A stretch of 64,000 bases of DNA from Candidatus Bathyarchaeota archaeon. GTDB taxonomy: Archaea; Thermoproteota; Bathyarchaeia; Bathyarchaeales; Bathycorpusculaceae. Position 1 is the stretch's first letter. Each line of letters begins with the position of its first letter. Of this stretch, positions 41,799-51,321 are shown one piece after another. The notes beneath the pieces were generated by a model, which ran no database searches, had not been told where the DNA came from, and worked only from the letters and a program-made list of their open reading frames with translations. Location: NCBI GenBank assembly GCA_963715865.1, contig OY970280.1, positions 1,056,001-1,120,000 on the forward strand, in the 5' to 3' direction. Position numbers and translations under genes: made by a program.

Positions 41799-42236
41799 TT
41801 AGCGGATTTGAAATGCTAAGCGGTTAGTTGGGTCGCTTCTTCCTTTCTTGGCTATCATGCTTACTGTCGACTGGGTTGGTGATTCAACGGTCATTCCTGC
41901 GTTTGTTTGGATTGATATTTTTCGGCATATCAGGTTTAGGGATTCTTCGGTGAAGTTCAGCATGCTTTGTCCATTGCTTGTTAGGCTGTAAATTTTTCTT
42001 GGCCTTTCGGAGTCCATGTTCCATTCGCTGTTTACAAAGCCTTTCTTTTCAAGTGTACCTAGCAATGGGTAGATGGTGCTTGGGCCGAAGTATACGCCGA
42101 AGTTTTTGCGGATTTTGGTTATTATTTGGTATCCGTGCATGGGTTGGGTGCTTAGGAATTGTAGTATTATTAGGTCTAGTAAGCCTTTCATTAGTTTGGT
42201 TGAAACTTCTTTTTGTGAGTTTATACTTCTTAACAT
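41799..42236 (-). CDS. PadR-family transcriptional regulator
   Basis: PMHGYQII...GPSTIYPLL...RPRKIYSLT. Confidence 0.92.
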   Translation of the reverse strand: MLRSINSQKEVSTKLMKGLLDLIILQFLSTQPMHGYQIITKIRKNFGVYFGPSTIYPLLGTLEKKGFVNSEWNMDSERPRKIYSLTSNGQSMLNFTEESLNLICRKISIQTNAGMTVESPTQSTVSMIAKKGRSDPTNRLAFQIR

Positions 42237-42299
42237 TTTTTTATTCCTTCCTTCTCCGTGTATTTTTGTTGTACAGTTTTTCTGTTCTACTTGTATACA

Positions 42300-42321
42300 A
42301 TATGTCCTCTTTCGGACATAT
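42300..42321. promoter_or_regulatory. Putative operator between divergent PadR genes
   Basis: Perfect ATATGTCC-N6-GGACATAT, adjoining the palindrome TTGTATACAA (42291-42300). Confidence 0.5.
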
Positions 42322-42480
42322 CTTGAGTATGTTATATTAATAAACCCTAATATAAAGCTTCATACATAACCAAAGCATACAAAAACATAACACCGCAATA
42401 TAACTCAACACAAAATTAACATAAGCTAAATAAATCAAAACATCAACAATTCACAAACAACAGCCAACAGGAAAAAAACC

Positions 42481-42801
42481 ATGTCTGAAATCTACAAAAA
42501 AGAAATTGTACAACACATAATCAGAAACCTACTAGACATCCAACTATTACGAATAGTGCAAGTCCAACCAACATGGGGATACAAAATCAAAAAACAAGTA
42601 GAAGCAGATTTTAACATAAAACTAAGACATGGCGCACTCTACCCCGCGCTAAATTCTCTAGAACAAAAAGGCTTCCTTGAAAGCAAAAAACAAAAAAAAG
42701 ACGGACGAGCAAGGAAAGTGTACACTATAACAGAAAATGGCAAATCTTACCTGCAAACCTACTACAGCGTACTGCAGGGTCAACTTGATAGCGAAACATA
42801 A
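42481..42801 (+). CDS. PadR-family transcriptional regulator
   Basis: PTWGYKI...GALYPALNSLEQKG...RARKVYTIT. Confidence 0.92.
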   Translation: MSEIYKKEIVQHIIRNLLDIQLLRIVQVQPTWGYKIKKQVEADFNIKLRHGALYPALNSLEQKGFLESKKQKKDGRARKVYTITENGKSYLQTYYSVLQGQLDSET

Positions 42802-42965
42802 AAACCAATTAAGCCCAATTTCACCGCTTTTATTTGTCAACCAATCAGTCATAAAATTTTGAGTTTTTGATACATAGTTTAACATGCCGACTAACATAGC
42901 CTTTGAATAAGCATGAAAAAGCTTTTATTCTAAGTAAGATGACAAAAAATTAGAGGAAAAAACAA

Positions 42966-43634
42966 ATGACTCTTGAATCAAGCAAAATCTTAGGCTGCAT
43001 AGGCGCAATACTAATGCTAATAGGCTCATTGGTTACTAGCTATACTTTTGGCATTCTTGACCTTGTTGGTGTAATACTCGTTTTGGTTGCACTGAACGGT
43101 TTAGCGAACAATTATAAAGAAAGAGGTATATTCACTAATGCACTTTACAGTCTCGTTGCAGGCATAGTGGGCGTAGTAGGGGCAGTTGCGGCGGCTCTCT
43201 ACATAGTTTTTGACACGACCATATTAACAAGTTTACTTCAGAAGCTTTATCCGTCTTGGAATGGCAGTTGGTCAACAATTTCGTCACTTTCAGGCTTAAC
43301 GCCCAACACCTCGAACATAACCGCAAGCGACGCCATGCCTATAATAAGCGCACTATTTTTAGTGTTAGTCGTACTTTGGATTTTCACCATAATTGCAGCT
43401 TTCTTCGCTAGACGATCACTGAAAGCTCTTTCAGCCAAAGCGAGTGTAGGTTTATTCTCAACTGCTGCTCTACTGTTATTCATAGGTGCATTTCTAACAA
43501 TAATTCTCATAGGATTCCTTCTAATCTGGATCGCTGTACTGTTGATTGCGATTGCCTTTTTCCAAATAAAACCGCAGCCAGAACAACCAGTAGCAACAAT
43601 GGCTCCTCCGCCGTTAACACCAACGCCAGTCTAA
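42966..43634 (+). CDS. DUF996-like membrane protein
   Basis: MTLESSKILGCIGAILMLIG...IFTNALYS...LIAIAFFQI. Confidence 0.8.
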   Translation: MTLESSKILGCIGAILMLIGSLVTSYTFGILDLVGVILVLVALNGLANNYKERGIFTNALYSLVAGIVGVVGAVAAALYIVFDTTILTSLLQKLYPSWNGSWSTISSLSGLTPNTSNITASDAMPIISALFLVLVVLWIFTIIAAFFARRSLKALSAKASVGLFSTAALLLFIGAFLTIILIGFLLIWIAVLLIAIAFFQIKPQPEQPVATMAPPPLTPTPV

Positions 43635-44346
43635 AAACCAAACAATCTCCTTTTTTTATTTAACAATCCTACTCATTACAAATGTCATCGTCATTTTTTC
43701 TATTTTCGTGAATAAGTAAAAGTGACAGCTTCCAAGGCGCAGGGTTTGTAAATCGTAAGTTTGTTGTTTTATCGATGATTAAATTGTTTGGGTTCATTTG
43801 TTGTAAGCATGGTTTAGGGGCAGAGACGTTTGTTCGTTTTGGTAAATGCTTTGTTCAAACAATCGAGTTAAATGCGGAGGCTATGGATGTTTGTCCGTTC
43901 CTCAAAAAGTTTTGTCTAGGCAATCCCTTGGGCAAAAGGAGCTTTTACCGTTGGAAATCTGAACTTGATGAGTGGGAAGCTCAAGTTGTACCGCCTAGGT
44001 CTTGTAGTTTCTGAAAAGGAAAACAATAGTTCATCATCTTCATCATCAACAAGCAGGCATTACGACCGCCTAGACTTGTGATTTCTGAGGAAACACTAGT
44101 GTCATCATAAACAACTGGTAAATCTGGAGAACCGACAGATGCCGAGTTGTCTGGGCAAAAGGTTGCATTCGCATTTACATAAACTGACTAGTTTACCTCT
44201 CAATAAAGCAGGCAGTTAAGTCGCTGGACCAATATTTACGCCCAAGCTAAATACTCCCGTCATGTTGAAAACAATCTGCATACATCCACCAAAGAACGTT
44301 TTGGAATATCACAAGGTTGAAATTTGGGGGACGATGTTTCATTCAC

Positions 44347-44368
44347 GGGGATGATGTCGCCGTCCCAG
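44347..44368 (+). repeat. att-like copy 1 (22 bp)
   Basis: GGGGATGATGTCGCCGTCCCAG. ATTCAC upstream is shared with copy 2. Confidence 0.9.
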
Positions 44369-44538
44369 CCTTAGGGCTTACTGGTTCTTTACTGTTTACT
44401 TGTGTGTTGTCTTGGTTTGTTATCTTTTCCATGTTTATATCCCTACACCGTTATTAGGTAGCTTCTCACATAAGCTTTATCTGGGCAAATACACGGGGTA
44501 CCCTAATGGAAAAAATAGTACTGCTAAAAATTTCAACC

Positions 44539-44652
44539 ATGAAAGGCTCTCGCATAGAGAGCGTTCCTCTAAACAAACTGCGATTATTGGCTGATGACAA
44601 GCACAGGTTCTGGTCTTTAGAAGGCGATTTCTTGGTGCTTAAATCCTATTGA
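44539..44652 (+). CDS. Micro-ORF paralogue A (37 aa)
   Basis: MKGSRIESVPLNKLRLLADDKHRFWSLEGDFLVLKSY. Mostly synonymous divergence from paralogue B. N-terminal frame uncertain. Confidence 0.5.
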   Translation: MKGSRIESVPLNKLRLLADDKHRFWSLEGDFLVLKSY

Positions 44653-44808
44653 TTTTTTTATTTCGTTTAGCGTAAAAGGCATAGCTTGCCGATGCTATTT
44701 AGGCATGTTTTACATTCCTATTTTCTTCGTTCGCACTGATATGACTTTTTAGAAAAAGTGGGGAAATATATTAAAGTCTTGAGCTGTAGTATTACCTTTG
44801 GTGGTTTC

Positions 44809-45018
44809 ATGTCTGAGGGTGTTCTCCTTACGGATGAAGATAGGGCTTTACTGGTAAAGGTAAGCGGTTTACTTGAGGAAATAGTCGAAACTTTCAGCAT
44901 ACTGGAAGATAAAGAAGCTATGTCTTGCTTAAAAAAGGCTGAAGCAGATGTCAAAGCTGGAAGAGTTAGAGATTATGACGCGTTCCTCAAGGAGCTGAAA
45001 CAAACTGGCGAAATATAA
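44809..45018 (+). CDS. RelB-like antitoxin
   Basis: Acidic 69-aa protein (ILEDKEAMSCLKKAEADVKAGRV) overlapping the toxin start. Confidence 0.8.
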   Translation: MSEGVLLTDEDRALLVKVSGLLEEIVETFSILEDKEAMSCLKKAEADVKAGRVRDYDAFLKELKQTGEI

Positions 45019-45262
45019 ACTGCAGGTTACGAAAACTTTTGAAAAAGATTTTCGAAAGTTTGATACCCAAACAAAACGGAGAATAGACTCAGCGATAAGA
45101 CTGCTTGAAGCTGACCCTTATGTGGGGAAGCCTTTGAGAGGGAATCTTGCTGGTAAATGGTCGATTAGAAGCGGCGACTACAGAGTCATCTATACAATAA
45201 GCGAAAACGAGAAAATAGTGCTACTTTATGACACAAGACATAGAAAGAAAGTCTACGAATAA
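45005..45262 (+). CDS. relE: RelE/ParE-family toxin (CTG start, missing from the ORF track)
   Basis: Manual translation: (M)AKYKLQVTKTFEKDFRKFD...DPYVGKPLRGNLAGKWSIRSGDYRVIYTI...HRKKVYE. Confidence 0.9.
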   Translation: MAKYKLQVTKTFEKDFRKFDTQTKRRIDSAIRLLEADPYVGKPLRGNLAGKWSIRSGDYRVIYTISENEKIVLLYDTRHRKKVYE

Positions 45263-45276
45263 CTCAAACAGCCAAT

Positions 45277-45378
45277 TTGTGTCACGAGTGTTCCTTTGAC
45301 AAATTACGATTGTTAGCTAATGATAAACATAGGTTTTGGTCTTTAGAAGGCGATTTCTTGGTTTTGCATTCCTATTAG
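45277..45378 (+). CDS. Micro-ORF paralogue B (33 aa)
   Basis: TTG start, (M)CHECSFDKLRLLANDKHRFWSLEGDFLVLHSY, 14 nt after the relE stop. Confidence 0.5.
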   Translation: MCHECSFDKLRLLANDKHRFWSLEGDFLVLHSY

Positions 45379-45394
45379 TTTTGTCGATTTGGAG

Positions 45395-45781
45395 TTAAAC
45401 GTTTGCAATTAACCTAACCTTTGTAGGTCTATTATGATTAACTTCAACAATCCTCAGGTACGCAAGCAGAGGAGCAACATAGGATGCTTGAGAGTGCTTA
45501 CTCTTAGTTTTAGTGGTTAACCGTAGGTACTTTTCAAGTGTAAAGTCATCAACATAGGAAGTAGCTTCATGCTTTGCTCCAATCTTAACCCAACTCTTGC
45601 CCTTAAGAAACTTTGGGATTCCATTGAAGCTGTCCTTTGAAACTTCGATTTCTATAGTTTTAATAAAGAATACCACTCTATCGGCTTCTACTGATTTAAC
45701 TGTAAATGGTTTGTCGTAATAGGGAGTGCCCAATTCTAAACCTGAATGTACTTCTTTTTTTATTCTATCAAATACTGACAT
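45395..45781 (-). CDS. Hypothetical protein (island cargo)
   Basis: ATG, 128 aa, no recognised motif. Confidence 0.65.
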   Translation of the reverse strand: MSVFDRIKKEVHSGLELGTPYYDKPFTVKSVEADRVVFFIKTIEIEVSKDSFNGIPKFLKGKSWVKIGAKHEATSYVDDFTLEKYLRLTTKTKSKHSQASYVAPLLAYLRIVEVNHNRPTKVRLIANV

Positions 45782-45797
45782 ATGGCATCCAACTTTT

Positions 45798-46274
45798 CTA
45801 TGGGTTACGTTCTAATTCAGCGATAGAGGGAAGGCTCTCTCCATTTTCAAGTCTATTCATCAATCTATTGATCCTTTCCAATAGCTTCCTATGTTCGCCT
45901 CTCATGTGAATTATAATATAGACTCCGCCAATAGCACTCATAATAAATGCTATATCACCACCTAAAACACTAAGTGTATAGTAGATTGTTACAGAAACAG
46001 TGATTAACAGTATTAAACCACCCGCAGCGATTGCACTCAAGAAATTAAACCATGATTCCTCATGGCTAGCTATAATCTGAACTTTCTGAAAATCGACCTC
46101 TCGTTTGGTATCCTTTGACTTATCACAAATTGAATCAAGTTTTTCCTTGAGAGCCTTTATAGTATCTAAATCTTTGCTAATTTCCTTCACTGCCTTCTCC
46201 AAATCACTCTCAGACATGTTTACGCTATTTCTCGGTTGTTTGAATTTAAAACTTTCTTGAAAGCTTCTTTCCAA
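45798..46274 (-). CDS. Hypothetical two-TM protein with coiled coil (island cargo)
   Basis: Coiled N-terminus, two TMs. Start may be MSES. Confidence 0.65.
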   Translation of the reverse strand: MERSFQESFKFKQPRNSVNMSESDLEKAVKEISKDLDTIKALKEKLDSICDKSKDTKREVDFQKVQIIASHEESWFNFLSAIAAGGLILLITVSVTIYYTLSVLGGDIAFIMSAIGGVYIIIHMRGEHRKLLERINRLMNRLENGESLPSIAELERNP

Positions 46275-46291
46275 AAAAGGTTAACTCTGCC

Positions 46292-46367
46292 GCAATCGAC
46301 AGAGCCCTTAGGTGTGTGGGGGTTGCCTTTTAAGGAGGGGTCATCCACTGCCTGAGGTGTCGATTGC
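46292..46367. other. Long nested hairpin (candidate ncRNA or DNA structure)
   Basis: GCAATCGACA/TGTCGATTGC, CCTTAGG/CCTGAGG, GTGG/CCAC, CCTT/AAGG. Confidence 0.5.
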
Positions 46368-46610
46368 TTGTAAGAATCCCCTAAGGAGTGTGGAGTTCTG
46401 GAGTTCAGGGCATCGCTGATGTACAGTTTCGGTTTGTCGTTGCTTCTTAAGCTGGGTAATACCTATTTTGCTTAAACATATCTATTACCATGAAAAAGCT
46501 ATATTTGTCCGTCTCTTCTTTGCTGATGATGCCTCTTTCTACCTACTAAATTGTAATAATTCGTGCAAAAAAATTAATATAGCAAAAACGAAAACCGTAT
46601 GCAGTCAGTA

Positions 46611-46722
46611 GCGCGGAAGGAAAGCAGGGAGCGGGAGCAACTCGGTGGTCTTTTCCCGCACACTGGCTCCTTAACGCGGTGGCTCAGGTGCTTGCTTCCT
46701 CGTACCTACGCGTCTTCCGCGC
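46611..46722. other. GC-rich multi-stem element (candidate ncRNA)
   Basis: GCGCGGAAG/CTTCCGCGC closing stem, inner GCGGGA/TCCCGC, in AT-rich intergenic DNA. Confidence 0.45.
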
Positions 46723-47138
46723 ATTTTCTACTTAAGACGAGGGCAGTTTTAAGCTTTGCTCTCATATCGAAGTTAATTGAGAGCCTGTCAATCACTAATG
46801 AACGCGAAGATTTTGGTCGTTTTTATGTCAATTTAGTATATGGATATCAATTTCTTTGTTGGAATATACTTAGAGAATTTGATGAATGCTGTTGTTTCAA
46901 GACCACATATATATAAAACTGTTCCATGAAGAAAGACAATAGCTTTCGATTGAATTTCGCAAAAACTATGTAAAATTTACATAAAGCGAAAATTGTCGTA
47001 ATTAATTGAACGCAGACTTTTCACATAACTATCAGAGTTTTATTAGGTAACTCGATTAGTTACCTTAATCACATATCCCTGCAACAAGCCCAATACGTTA
47101 ACAATATTCATATCTAACTGGGATGCTGTATTATTCAC

Positions 47139-47167
47139 GGGGGATGATGTCGCCGTCCCAGTCTGAT
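47139..47167 (+). repeat. att-like copy 2 (29 bp, identical to copy 3)
   Basis: GGGGGATGATGTCGCCGTCCCAGTCTGAT, followed by hairpin AGCGG-TTTC-CCGCT. Confidence 0.92.
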
Positions 47168-47364
47168 AGCGGTTTCCCGCTGTTCTTATTTTCTATTTCA
47201 GTCATTTTTCAAACCTCATTGGTAGATATAATCGCAATTTGGGCTTAAAAGGCTTGCTAACGCTGAATTATAGATTGGTAGAGCAAAATTAACGTTAATA
47301 ACGTGCGCCAGAGCTTTAGTTGGTATTATATACCAGTTAAGTTAAGAAACTAACTTGGTAGTGC

Positions 47365-48300
47365 ATGGTTCAATACTCAACACAAGAAGCAGCTAAGCGA
47401 ATCGGTATTAGTTTCATTACTCTGAAGAGGTGGATTTATTCTGGTAAAATCAAGGCGGTTAAGGATGAAAGAGGATGGTGGAGAATTGACGAAGAAGAGA
47501 TTGTTCGCATAGTTACTGAGGTACGCGGTACAAGGCAAGGGCTAGCAGAGAAAATTTTAGCTCTTATTTTCTCTAAGCGAGTGGCGTATCTTAGAGAGCT
47601 TCAAGTTTGTCTTGAAGAGGATTGCTTGCATAAGGATGTGAATGCTACTCTGGCAAGTCTTTTCAATGTGGGCAAGATTGACACGAAGTCAGCTTTTGGT
47701 GATAGATGGTTTTTCCCCAAAAGTTTGACTTGGGAAAATGTCGAGCAGACTGCTAAAGAGAAATTAGAATTAATCAATTTATATGTGAGTCATCCAAGAC
47801 GTTTTGAAAAAGACAGCGTCGTCTATATGGATTATTCGGAATATCTTGTTGAGCAAGCGTTAATCACAGCTTCGTATGTTGTGGTGTCAAAGGATGCTTA
47901 CTACTTCAATGGTCGTTCATATCGGCGAAGCTTGACCGCAGGTAGACCTACCGATTTGGACTTCATTGCAAAAGTTCCTCAAAAAGAAATCTTTGTTGGT
48001 ATTCAAGTGAAAAACAAGATGCAGCACCCTTCGCTTGATGAAGTTAACTCACTTTTAGATATTTGTGGCTTCTTAGGGCTTAAACCAGTCCTTGTTGCTC
48101 GTATAATACACCCAAAGACCTATGAATTGCTTAAGGAGAATGGCGGTCGTGCATTAAGGGTTAAACGGTACTTCTTGCAGCCGCCTTTTCCGAGAGATAG
48201 GTTTCAAGATATCGTCGGTTTGGGTATTCCTTTGGGTGTCTATAATCGGGCACCTGATTTTTTGGTAAATATGTTCAAGAGTTTACCTGCGGCTCTTTAG
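47365..48300 (+). CDS. Excisionase/MerR-like HTH fused to a PD-(D/E)XK-like domain
   Basis: YSTQEAAKRIGISFITLKRWIYSGKI...GWWRI, and PTDLDFIA...GIQVKN. Confidence 0.7.
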   Translation: MVQYSTQEAAKRIGISFITLKRWIYSGKIKAVKDERGWWRIDEEEIVRIVTEVRGTRQGLAEKILALIFSKRVAYLRELQVCLEEDCLHKDVNATLASLFNVGKIDTKSAFGDRWFFPKSLTWENVEQTAKEKLELINLYVSHPRRFEKDSVVYMDYSEYLVEQALITASYVVVSKDAYYFNGRSYRRSLTAGRPTDLDFIAKVPQKEIFVGIQVKNKMQHPSLDEVNSLLDICGFLGLKPVLVARIIHPKTYELLKENGGRALRVKRYFLQPPFPRDRFQDIVGLGIPLGVYNRAPDFLVNMFKSLPAAL

Positions 48301-48757
48301 CTGTTTACTGTATCATTTCTAAGCAGTAGAATTAAAATACAAAAGTTCTATTATTATCTCGCTTTTCTGTTTGTTACTAAAAAATAATTTTTTGAACTGT
48401 TTTAGCTTCACCGATATTAAAACACTGTATTGGTAGAGAGCAGTGCTCCTAACAGAGTTTTGCTCCGTAAAAAAATCTGAAAATGGATTGAAAACAATTG
48501 AAAGAAAAAAATATAGCTATAATTTTAAGAATGTTTCCAGAACGATGGAAGCAAGTAAATATCCCATAGAAAAAGCTCTGCCATCGAATCGCCTTACCCC
48601 GACTCTCATCATAAAGTGAAACAAATCTGCAAGGCTTCGTTGGTCGAGAGCAAAGAGCCTTTGATGAAATTTTTAATATCCAGCTTCGCCATTGAAAAGT
48701 TGAAAAGTGAAACTTAAAATCCTGAGCTATCGCTCTTTACTGAGTCTCGACCGCGCG

Positions 48758-49213
48758 CTAAAACTCCTCTCCGCTGCTTTTATGGAACTTCCCGTCTTTA
48801 CAAAGGTGCATGAGAGGAAAATCTTTTGGAACCTCTTTTCTGCAAACTGGACAATTTACATAAACAGGATGTTTCCAACCAACCGGGAAACCCCTCGAAT
48901 CTCTTTCTATTTTTTCAACAAATCTAATTCGTTCGTTTGTTGTGAGATTGCTTGAATTACGGTTCTTCACTTCTTCTTCGTGGTCAGCCATAATATGGTC
49001 TAAAGCTATGTTTTCAGCAAGCTCTCTCCCATACTTACGACCAAACATTTCACCGACAAGTTTTACTGTATTCGAATCATGTCTATATTGCCTGTGAGAT
49101 TGTGAATAGCTTTTGCTCGGTTCGTCAATATAACTGTGAATATCATCACCTCTAATACCATACCGCTTTAACGAATGCTGGCAATGTTCTTCGTGTTGAG
49201 GTACCCCAGACAC
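48758..49213 (-). CDS. His-rich hypothetical protein with C-terminal CxxC
   Basis: HEEHC...IHSYID...HRQYRH...LDHIMAD, CPVC. Confidence 0.65.
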   Translation of the reverse strand: MSGVPQHEEHCQHSLKRYGIRGDDIHSYIDEPSKSYSQSHRQYRHDSNTVKLVGEMFGRKYGRELAENIALDHIMADHEEEVKNRNSSNLTTNERIRFVEKIERDSRGFPVGWKHPVYVNCPVCRKEVPKDFPLMHLCKDGKFHKSSGEEF

Positions 49214-49598
49214 CTCTTAATAAAAAATAAAATTGGTATTGTTTTCTTTATAAGATTTGTCACATCTCATTTGCGAGCTATCTTTATTTTCCCTGTGTGT
49301 GTGAGCGCCAAAACATAGGTATTTGAATAATACAAATATGACAGCATTAACCAAACTTGTGTGTGTTGGCGAAAAAACTATGGTACAAAAATAATAAAAG
49401 CGTAGTTTGGTTGTGTGTGGTTGGACTATGGGTATAAAATTAATATCAGTTTTTAAAAAGTTTCACAAATGCTGGAAGGCGCAAAGTCCTAGAAGCATTG
49501 TGATATGTTCATCTTTAGACCCATGTTTCGCTTTTGCAGAATTTCAAACTGTTTTTTTCTCTGACTTGCAAAACTGAAAACAAAAAAAGGAGAACTTG

Positions 49599-49931
49599 CT
49601 ACTTGCAAGTTTTCTGAATCTCACTATTCAGCAATTTCAGCAACTTCGTCACGTCAGCATTATTACTGTAGTCCTTAGTTGCATCCTTGAAATTTTCCAA
49701 AGACGACTCGTTCAGCTTCTCCTCTTTACCTGCTTTTATTCCCGTTATAGTCAATCCTGTCAACAGCTCGTAGCGTAGTTCCACGAGTAGGCAAACCTTG
49801 TTTGATAGACTAAGTTTCGCATCGGCTTCAATGAAATTTTTTGCTGTGTCAACGGTCAAAAGTTTTCCGTGCTTCTCTTGTTCTTCCAGAACTTTTCTCA
49901 CACAGCCCAACTTATCAACCATAATAACCAC
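49599..49931 (-). CDS. Hypothetical protein
   Basis: 110-aa ORF with charged helical composition. Confidence 0.5.
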   Translation of the reverse strand: MVIMVDKLGCVRKVLEEQEKHGKLLTVDTAKNFIEADAKLSLSNKVCLLVELRYELLTGLTITGIKAGKEEKLNESSLENFKDATKDYSNNADVTKLLKLLNSEIQKTCK

Positions 49932-50412
49932 AAGCCATTATTGCGGTCAATACTAAAAGATGTTTCACTTAAGAAATGAATCCCGCATCTTTTTCTTCCT
50001 CTATGTCCAATTCCAAATTTAAAATAACCAGTATTCCAAACAACATCAGCGGTCCCCAAACAAAGAAGAAGAATAAGGATATCGCTGAACCATCAGCTAA
50101 TTGTCCAAAGACGAGAACAAATGGTGTTAAAAACCTTAGAAACAGTGTAAGCCATCAAAGTACCACTTCTGCATAGCATAGCGTCAAAACAAGGCTTTTT
50201 ATGAATTTACTGCGAGTTTTCATTGTCGCCTACCGCAATTTTTTTCAGTGGACACACTCCGTTTTAAGGTCTTGATTAGTTCAAGAACTCCTGCCGTGCA
50301 GCCGTCATTAAGTCGTTCAGTCACTTGCTCATCTACTTAGCGTGCGCAAGAAAGTGCGGAAAAGTAATTCTTTTCATTTTCATTTGTTTAAGTAAAATTA
50401 CTAACTGAACTC

Positions 50413-50811
50413 TTACTTAGCCCTCGCTATGAGCAAAAAGCCGACTAACGTAACCCCAAATATAACCGCAATCCATGCTATTGCATTATAGTACCACCAC
50501 ACATTCAAATGAGGAAACGTTAGAAAATCTCCAATGAAGGTTATTACACTGTTAATCAACAATATTCCAAAAGCAAGCACTGTAACTAAAGCCGCAAGTT
50601 TTGTCCACCTATGTTTACGCCGCATAATAGCCAAGCCGAGCGTTATGAACGCAATGATAACCCACAGAAAAGCTAAAGAATATATCCAAGCCGTGGCATC
50701 CCAATAACTAAAAATCGGATTAACAATAAACAGTATTGTAGCTATCAGCAATAATGACGCGCCAATTAATTGGAGCTTAGTCTTTTTACTGACCCTTAAC
50801 TCCATAGGCAT
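50413..50811 (-). CDS. Four-TM membrane protein (degenerate zinc ribbon immediately upstream)
   Basis: Four hydrophobic segments. In-frame upstream DFCPKCG. Confidence 0.65.
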   Translation of the reverse strand: MPMELRVSKKTKLQLIGASLLLIATILFIVNPIFSYWDATAWIYSLAFLWVIIAFITLGLAIMRRKHRWTKLAALVTVLAFGILLINSVITFIGDFLTFPHLNVWWYYNAIAWIAVIFGVTLVGFLLIARAK

Positions 50812-50974
50812 CTCAGCACCGCATTTTGGGCAAAAATCCGCTTTATCATCATTAACATCTTGACCCAGACTTAGGACAAACTCTAATGTTTTAGACTCCA
50901 GTCGGCGTTTCTCGTTGTGAGTATCTTGTATTTAGCTTTTTAAAATTTGTGCACTAAAGTTTAATCTGATTCCT

Positions 50975-51286
50975 CTACTTTCGCTTTCTGAATAGCTTGA
51001 CTCCATCTATTTCTGTGACGTACTCGAAGCCTTGCTCAATGAGATTCTGAGCTTCTTGCAATGTCTTCGCAGTAGCAGAATGATATTCATCGCCTTCAAT
51101 TTCAATTAGTTGCGTATATCTTAAAGTTGTCCGCAAGTCTTTATGCCCAAGAAGTCTTTTAACATGAAGCAAATCTTTTGTTCTATGATACTCCATTGTC
51201 GCCTTGAAGTGTCTGAAGTCATACAATCGAATGCTCTTTAAGCTCATGTCACCGTATGCTTTCTTGTTCATGTTCCAACATGTCAA
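50975..51286 (-). pseudogene. Tyrosine recombinase/integrase C-terminal fragment
   Basis: LYDFRH, LLGH, TTLRY (catalytic Tyr), tail EYVTEIDGVKLFRKRK. N-terminal two-thirds absent. Confidence 0.88.
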
Positions 51287-51321
51287 GAATACTTTATTTG
51301 TGGGGGACGATGCTACATTGT

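Noticed and set aside
46631-46641. GGGAGCAAC resembling SRP RNA helix 8
   Set aside because: The partner CCAGG/GNRA arm and the ~300-nt SRP scaffold are absent.
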